Assembly: GCA_964619725.1 (NCBI GenBank)
Contig: CAZUFC010000201.1
Coordinates: 1 to 11,042 of the forward strand
Origin: an uncultured bacterium
GTDB lineage: Bacteria > CSSED10-310 > CAZUFC01
Direction of reading: 5' to 3'
Length of the DNA stretch: 11,042 nucleotides
Shown: positions 6,437 through 11,042 of the stretch, piece by piece
Layout of the letters: each line of letters opens with the position of its first letter
Position numbering within the stretch: position 1 is the first letter of the stretch
Made by a program: the position numbers and the translations under genes
The notes under the pieces: generated by a model
What the model saw: the letters and a program-made list of their open reading frames with translations, nothing else
Told to the model about the DNA's origin: nothing
The model's database searches: none

Positions 6437-7782
6437 TTTTCGGTCCAATCCGGTGAAAAATCTGCCGGCATTCTTTTCATCTCAAAAAGAACGGCGTTAA
6501 GATCATGCTTCAGACCGGCGCTGTCAGAAATAATATATTCCCAGACGAACTCTTTGTCAGGGGTTACCTCAAAAGCCCGTCCCTTGCTCGATTCCGTTAT
6601 TAAAGTATTGCCGTTCGGCAGTCTCTGGTTCGTCCCGCATGCTTTTGAAGAAAAACTGTGAGGCGGATCGCCTTCAAAAGTCCATATCGTTTTCCCGATA
6701 ATCGGATCATATTCGATTATCCTTGAAAATCCGTCATTTCCTTCACTGTCGAAGATCAGAACATGCCCGTCAGGCAGCAAAACAGGACCATGCTGACGTT
6801 TCCACGGTCCTGCTTGAGCCCATAGCATCTTTTCTGCAAGCAAATCGATAACCGCGACGATATTCAAACGGCGAATAGAAATAAGGGCATTGCCTTTTTT
6901 AAACCAGGGCGACAGATGCTCCAATGTTCCGTCGAAAACCTCAACGGCATTGGTATGAAAAATGTCGCCGTCCGAATCGATATCTTCCAGGTAATAGGAA
7001 TATTGAGAATTTTCCAGGCATTTATAAACAGAGATGTTTTTAATCGGCTTGCCTTTTTCAGTCAATATAGTAATGAAATCTTCCCTTACCGGATTAGATT
7101 CATCAATTTGCGGAATCAGACGCTCTTTCCAGGTCAGAATATAAATATTTCCGTCAAAGCCGATGCAAAAATCGTCATGGCATAATCCCGGATAGCTCCA
7201 TATCAATGAAGAATCCTTATCCACCCTGATCAATCCATAATTGTCGAATAACGCTAATACATCGCCGTTTTCCAAAAGCTCAGCGCATCGCCAGTAATCA
7301 CAGACATTCTTTCCTTCTTTTTCATAAGATTCAGGCCATACGCTTTTCAATTCCCGCTTCCATACATGGAGAATCTTGCCTTCCATATCCATAAGCAAAG
7401 CCGACGGCTCATGCGCCGGCACATAAAAATTTAATCCCTGATACGCTTTTTGCTGCTTGTAAAGAGTCAAACGACTTTCTTCCGGCGCATCGCTGCAGGC
7501 TTCCAGGCGCCGGATCGATTCTACCGGCGGCGCTTCATGCCTGACGGAGCTGCTGTCCTCCCCTTCTTTCGACTTACTAACCGGCCGAGCATTTATTCCC
7601 TGGACCGGCGGGGAATCGTTCCGCTTTTTCAGAACAGGACGTGATTCAGAAATAATTTTGGGTTTTTCAATAGAATCCTGTTTTTCGATTTGCGGCGCAT
7701 CTTCGCCGGAAAAGTTACAGGATAAAACGCAGGAAAAAATTATCGAGAGAACGATGATACAGAGAACATGGTTCTTATTCAT
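6433..7782 (-). CDS. Arylsulfotransferase (ASST) family protein, probable lipoprotein
   Basis: Signal peptide with lipobox-like VLSC (C22), then a low-complexity tether (~aa 23-95), then beta-propeller segments with CHDD, DIFHTNAV, LISIRR, QHGP and QRLPNGNTLITE...GRAFEVTP...VWEY, typical of ASST-like proteins. Confidence 0.82.
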   Translation of the reverse strand: MNKNHVLCIIVLSIIFSCVLSCNFSGEDAPQIEKQDSIEKPKIISESRPVLKKRNDSPPVQGINARPVSKSKEGEDSSSVRHEAPPVESIRRLEACSDAPEESRLTLYKQQKAYQGLNFYVPAHEPSALLMDMEGKILHVWKRELKSVWPESYEKEGKNVCDYWRCAELLENGDVLALFDNYGLIRVDKDSSLIWSYPGLCHDDFCIGFDGNIYILTWKERLIPQIDESNPVREDFITILTEKGKPIKNISVYKCLENSQYSYYLEDIDSDGDIFHTNAVEVFDGTLEHLSPWFKKGNALISIRRLNIVAVIDLLAEKMLWAQAGPWKRQHGPVLLPDGHVLIFDSEGNDGFSRIIEYDPIIGKTIWTFEGDPPHSFSSKACGTNQRLPNGNTLITESSKGRAFEVTPDKEFVWEYIISDSAGLKHDLNAVLFEMKRMPADFSPDWTEN

Positions 7783-7933
7783 ATTGAAGATTCAAAAGCG
7801 AATAATTGTGCAAATTTAAAAGCGCGTTTCAAGATATGAGTTTTAAGCAGAAATGATACCGACGGCTGTTTCAGATTTTGTGGAAATTTATTTCAGGAAG
7901 TTAGCCTATCAGCGCTCTTGCCGGCTTCTCACG

Positions 7934-8509
7934 CTATTTGTTCATGATCTCTACAACGGTCGAATCGGTTTTTTCAAGCATTTCCTGAAATTCCGGCGAA
8001 TCGCTCGGATCACCCGTTCCGCAAGCTCGGATGAGATAGGAATTATCGAATCCGAACCATTTGAAGAACCCTGCATATTCCGGATAAACATTGCTGAATT
8101 TTTCTTCATCGTCATAGCCCTGCGAGAGGATGAACACGAGTGATTTGTCGGGTTGGAGTCTGCTGGGATTCTTGCTTCGCGTAAAATCGGGAACCAGGTA
8201 AGAAAACGTTCTGTCAATGAAGGATTTCAACTGTCCGGAGACCTGTCCGAAATAGATAGGAGATGCCATAACCAGAACGTCGGCTTTAGCGGTTTCTTCC
8301 AGGACTTCGGTAAGATCGTCTTTCAGCACGCACCGGTCGAGCTGCGTTTTACAGACATAGCAAGCCTGACAACCCCGGTATTTCAAGTTGTTCAAAGCAT
8401 AGGTTTTAACATCCGCCCCCATACTCTCTGCCTTATCTACAAAGCGTTTCGTCAAAGTTGAAGTCACGCCCAAGGCTCTGGGGCTGCCCATCAAGCAAAC
8501 GATTTTCAT
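7934..8509 (-). CDS. Iron-sulfur flavoprotein (Isf)-like flavodoxin family protein / NADPH-dependent FMN reductase family
   Basis: GSPR...T FMN phosphate loop, compact CX2CX2CX6C motif (C47, C50, C53, C60) followed by LKDD, ASPIYFGQVSGQLKSFIDR. Strong RBS (GGGAGG) 7 nt before the ATG. Confidence 0.92.
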   Translation of the reverse strand: MKIVCLMGSPRALGVTSTLTKRFVDKAESMGADVKTYALNNLKYRGCQACYVCKTQLDRCVLKDDLTEVLEETAKADVLVMASPIYFGQVSGQLKSFIDRTFSYLVPDFTRSKNPSRLQPDKSLVFILSQGYDDEEKFSNVYPEYAGFFKWFGFDNSYLIRACGTGDPSDSPEFQEMLEKTDSTVVEIMNK

Positions 8510-8554
8510 AGTCTTTCCTCCCTTAAGAATAATCAGCCTATCGAAGCCGCTTTG

Positions 8555-8583
8555 ACAATATCTTAATCTTAAAATTCAGTCAA
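8555..8583 (-). promoter_or_regulatory. Candidate sigma70-type promoter for the Isf-like gene
   Basis: Minus strand reads TTGACT (8583-8578), 17 nt, TATTGT (8560-8555), about 45 nt upstream of ATG 8509. Confidence 0.5.
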
Positions 8584-10710
8584 TCATTCTGCCCAGCCGA
8601 AAGACCATTCATCGGCGGTACCGAACAGCTCAGTCATCTGATCATCGGTCATACCGGCATAAAAAACGATTCCGTCGGCATTTCCGCAATTACCGGGCCA
8701 TTCGAACGGATCAAGGATATTTTTTTCCGTGCTGCCCGGGTCCAGGTCCACCAGGTAATAACCGAATTCATCGAACTCAGGAGCAAAGAAAAGGATTCCC
8801 CATACATCAAGGATGACGAAGAGAGGAACGTCCTGAAAATCTTGAGCGCCGGGATTACATAGTGTGACGCTGCACCAGCATTGTTCGCCCGGCGAATAGA
8901 AAGTATCGGGCATATGTATGGTTACGCCGAGTTCGCTGCATTGTGGCGTATATGTCGGCAGGATGGGCGTTTCGGAAGGTGTCGGAGATACAGGAGTCGA
9001 AGTAAAGGCTATTGTAGGAGTAAACGAAGGCGTCAGTGAGGGAGTCGGTGAAAGCGTCTGCGTGGGAGTGCGCGTCGGGGTCGCCGGAGGGTCGGTGGGC
9101 GAAAAAGTCGGAGTTGGGGTAAAGGTTGGAAGACAAAAGGTATTTGTAGGAGTCGGGGTGGAAGTTTGAGTAGGCGAAGGGGGAACCGGGGTTTCGGTTA
9201 TTTCAACTGTCGGAGCGGGCGTGGGCATTTCCCCGAAATAGCGGTATAATCCGTCCCGACCCGGACCGTATTGAAACATGGGCATTTGAATTCTCTGATC
9301 AGAGGTTTGGTCCTGCAAATCCCAGAGATATATATGTGAATTTTCATTGGAAAAGTCTCCGGATTCCGCCAGCAGTTCCAGATCGCCGTCAATATCGGCG
9401 TCAGCGAAGGCGACGGTATTGAAGAAGGTGGTACCCTGCGTATTGAGGGGCCAGCCTTCAATGGGCTGTCCGTTATGGTGATAACCGAGAATAATGCCTG
9501 CACCGGTGTTGTCGTCCCACACGAATTCGGGATCATTGTCTCCGTCTATATCAGCGACAGCGACCTGGGCGTTGACGGCATTGATGGGACCGACGGGCCA
9601 TCCCGCGACAGATGTCCCGTCCATATGCCAGGCGTATACATGATCGACTGGTTCCGCGCTCAGCACCTGATCCCCGACGAGAAGCTCAAAATCATCGTCT
9701 CCATCCATATCCGCGAAAGTCGGCGGCGCGTAAATCCAGTAATTGACGAACTGTGGCCATCCCGGGAGCAAAGAACCGTCATGGTTTAAAATGAATACTC
9801 CGCTGTCGCCGCTTAAAGAATGCCCCCCGACAGCGATTTCCAGGAAGCCGTCACTGTCGACGTCGGCGAATACAGGGGCAGAATAGGAGAAAACATCGCC
9901 TGTCGCAGGGGTAAAAGGCCAACCCGAAACCAGCGTTCCGTCAATATTGAATGCGTAAATCGTATTATATGATTCGTACAGAATTTCCATTATCCCGTCA
10001 TTGTCGATGTCAGCGGCTCCCGCAGAAGATGCCGGAACGTGGTCCAGTTCCACCGGCCAGCCCGGCAATATGCTGCCGTCCCCTCCAATGACGTAAACAC
10101 GGCCGATCGGATAATCCCGTTCGCCCACTATGATCTCAGCATGTCCGTCGTCGTCCAGGTCCACAACCGTCGGTGATTTTGAAAAATCCCCGTTCGTCGT
10201 CGCCGGAAATCCCTCAACGAGGTCTCCATCCGTACGATAAGCATAAACCCAGCCGTCATCGCCGTTCGGCCAATTGCATGACGTTACCACAACCTCCCCT
10301 TCCCCGTCGCCGTCTACATCCCCGAATGCAGGGCCTCCTGAAACATCAGTCCCTGTCGATATAAACTTCGGCCAACCCGAAAGATAACTCCCGTCCGTGT
10401 CGACCAGATGTACCGTCTTGCCCGTTGAAAATAAAACCTCCATCTCAGCATCTGCATCACCCTGGACAAAAAGCCCTCCCTCCTCAGGCGGATACAACGA
10501 TATGTTCAACGGCCATCCCGGCATGTCCGGAGGATTCTCCAATGCGCCATTCATAAATTCTCCCCCGCCCGCTTCGTCTATCAATACATATCCCATCGCA
10601 TCCCTCGCCGGATGTCCCGGTTGATAAGAGACATATTCGCCGGCAAAACTCATTGCCGGAATGAAAAATAAAATTACTGAAATGAAAGCCCCAAAACTAT
10701 CTCTTTTCAT
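8584..10710 (-). CDS. Secreted FG-GAP/VCBS-repeat beta-propeller protein with a Pro/Thr linker and a C-terminal domain of unknown function
   Basis: Sec signal peptide (MKR, hydrophobic core, SFA|G), eight D-x-D-x-D-like loops alternating with eight G(W/F)P motifs, closing motif [14 protein letters not shown]-rich linker (aa ~496-590) and a globular C-terminus (aa 591-708). RBS AGGAGG at 10723-10718. Confidence 0.88.
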   Translation of the reverse strand: MKRDSFGAFISVILFFIPAMSFAGEYVSYQPGHPARDAMGYVLIDEAGGGEFMNGALENPPDMPGWPLNISLYPPEEGGLFVQGDADAEMEVLFSTGKTVHLVDTDGSYLSGWPKFISTGTDVSGGPAFGDVDGDGEGEVVVTSCNWPNGDDGWVYAYRTDGDLVEGFPATTNGDFSKSPTVVDLDDDGHAEIIVGERDYPIGRVYVIGGDGSILPGWPVELDHVPASSAGAADIDNDGIMEILYESYNTIYAFNIDGTLVSGWPFTPATGDVFSYSAPVFADVDSDGFLEIAVGGHSLSGDSGVFILNHDGSLLPGWPQFVNYWIYAPPTFADMDGDDDFELLVGDQVLSAEPVDHVYAWHMDGTSVAGWPVGPINAVNAQVAVADIDGDNDPEFVWDDNTGAGIILGYHHNGQPIEGWPLNTQGTTFFNTVAFADADIDGDLELLAESGDFSNENSHIYLWDLQDQTSDQRIQMPMFQYGPGRDGLYRYFGEMPTPAPTVEITETPVPPSPTQTSTPTPTNTFCLPTFTPTPTFSPTDPPATPTRTPTQTLSPTPSLTPSFTPTIAFTSTPVSPTPSETPILPTYTPQCSELGVTIHMPDTFYSPGEQCWCSVTLCNPGAQDFQDVPLFVILDVWGILFFAPEFDEFGYYLVDLDPGSTEKNILDPFEWPGNCGNADGIVFYAGMTDDQMTELFGTADEWSFGWAE
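8941..9225 (-). repeat. Low-complexity Pro/Thr-rich linker (TPTP/TFTP/SPTP repeats) within the FG-GAP protein
   Basis: Translation [71 protein letters not shown]. The repetition is at protein level and the codons are diverged. Confidence 0.9.
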
Positions 10711-10717
10711 CTGTAAA

Positions 10718-10723
10718 CCTCCT
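10718..10723 (-). promoter_or_regulatory. Shine-Dalgarno site of the FG-GAP protein gene
   Basis: Minus strand reads GGC-AGGAGG-TTTACAG-ATG (7-nt spacing). Confidence 0.85.
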
Positions 10724-11042
10724 GCCTGCTCTTTACTTAGATTTCTTTCAAAAAAATTTAAATTCCTCGCCTATATCAGACCGCCGTTCGACCCTATTCA
10801 GAATCATCAGAAAACTGCTCCATTAATACATAAAAAATACGGCCGAAAATGTCAAAAGCAACCGGCGAGGTTTGACATACTGCCCCTTCAGCCGTAAATC
10901 CCTGTAATCAATGCAGACGCTGCGGACGAAAAGGAACCGGCGGTCGGAGCATAAGAAACATATCATTTTTCCTGCCATTTTTTTAAATAGTTTTTGTCCA
11001 TAAACGGCGAATTTTTCACAATACTGCGTCAGTCTTCGGATT

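Noticed and set aside
4662-8461. Small ORFs 4662-4862, 5835-6065, 6916-7185, 7450-7644, 7853-8143, 7951-8217 and 8153-8461
   Set aside because: They overlap better-supported CDSs and show no motif support.
8941-10540. CRISPR array, DNA tandem repeat or diversity-generating retroelement repeat pair
   Set aside because: The repetition is only at amino-acid level with diverged codons. There are no identical spaced DNA repeats, cas genes or reverse transcriptase.
8855-10897. ORFs inside or overlapping the FG-GAP gene, including the Val/Gly-rich 8918-9169 and 10661-10897
   Set aside because: The VGVG pattern is the antisense image of the Pro/Thr linker. The others are frame shadows or run antisense across the gene's start and RBS.

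Overview
Gene-dense bacterial window, probably from an anaerobe, with eight well-supported CDSs. The + strand carries (i) a tight three-gene methyl-transfer cluster: a non-pyrrolysine MttB-superfamily methyltransferase, a cognate corrinoid protein and a stand-alone Zn-dependent homocysteine S-methyltransferase domain; (ii) a CXXC-type tRNA 2-thiouridylase MnmA; and (iii) a spermidine synthase-like protein with an unexplained ~235-aa C-terminal extension that may be GNAT-like. The - strand carries a secreted FG-GAP/VCBS-repeat protein with a Pro/Thr linker and a distinct ~118-aa C-terminal domain, an iron-sulfur flavoprotein (Isf-like) and an arylsulfotransferase-family lipoprotein. The best candidate for an under-described system is the MttB-corrinoid-Hcy methyltransferase cluster, which reads as a folate-independent methylamine/betaine-to-homocysteine methionine synthase. 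No rRNA, tRNA, CRISPR array or mobile element was recognised. All family calls come from motif recognition by eye, not from database searches.
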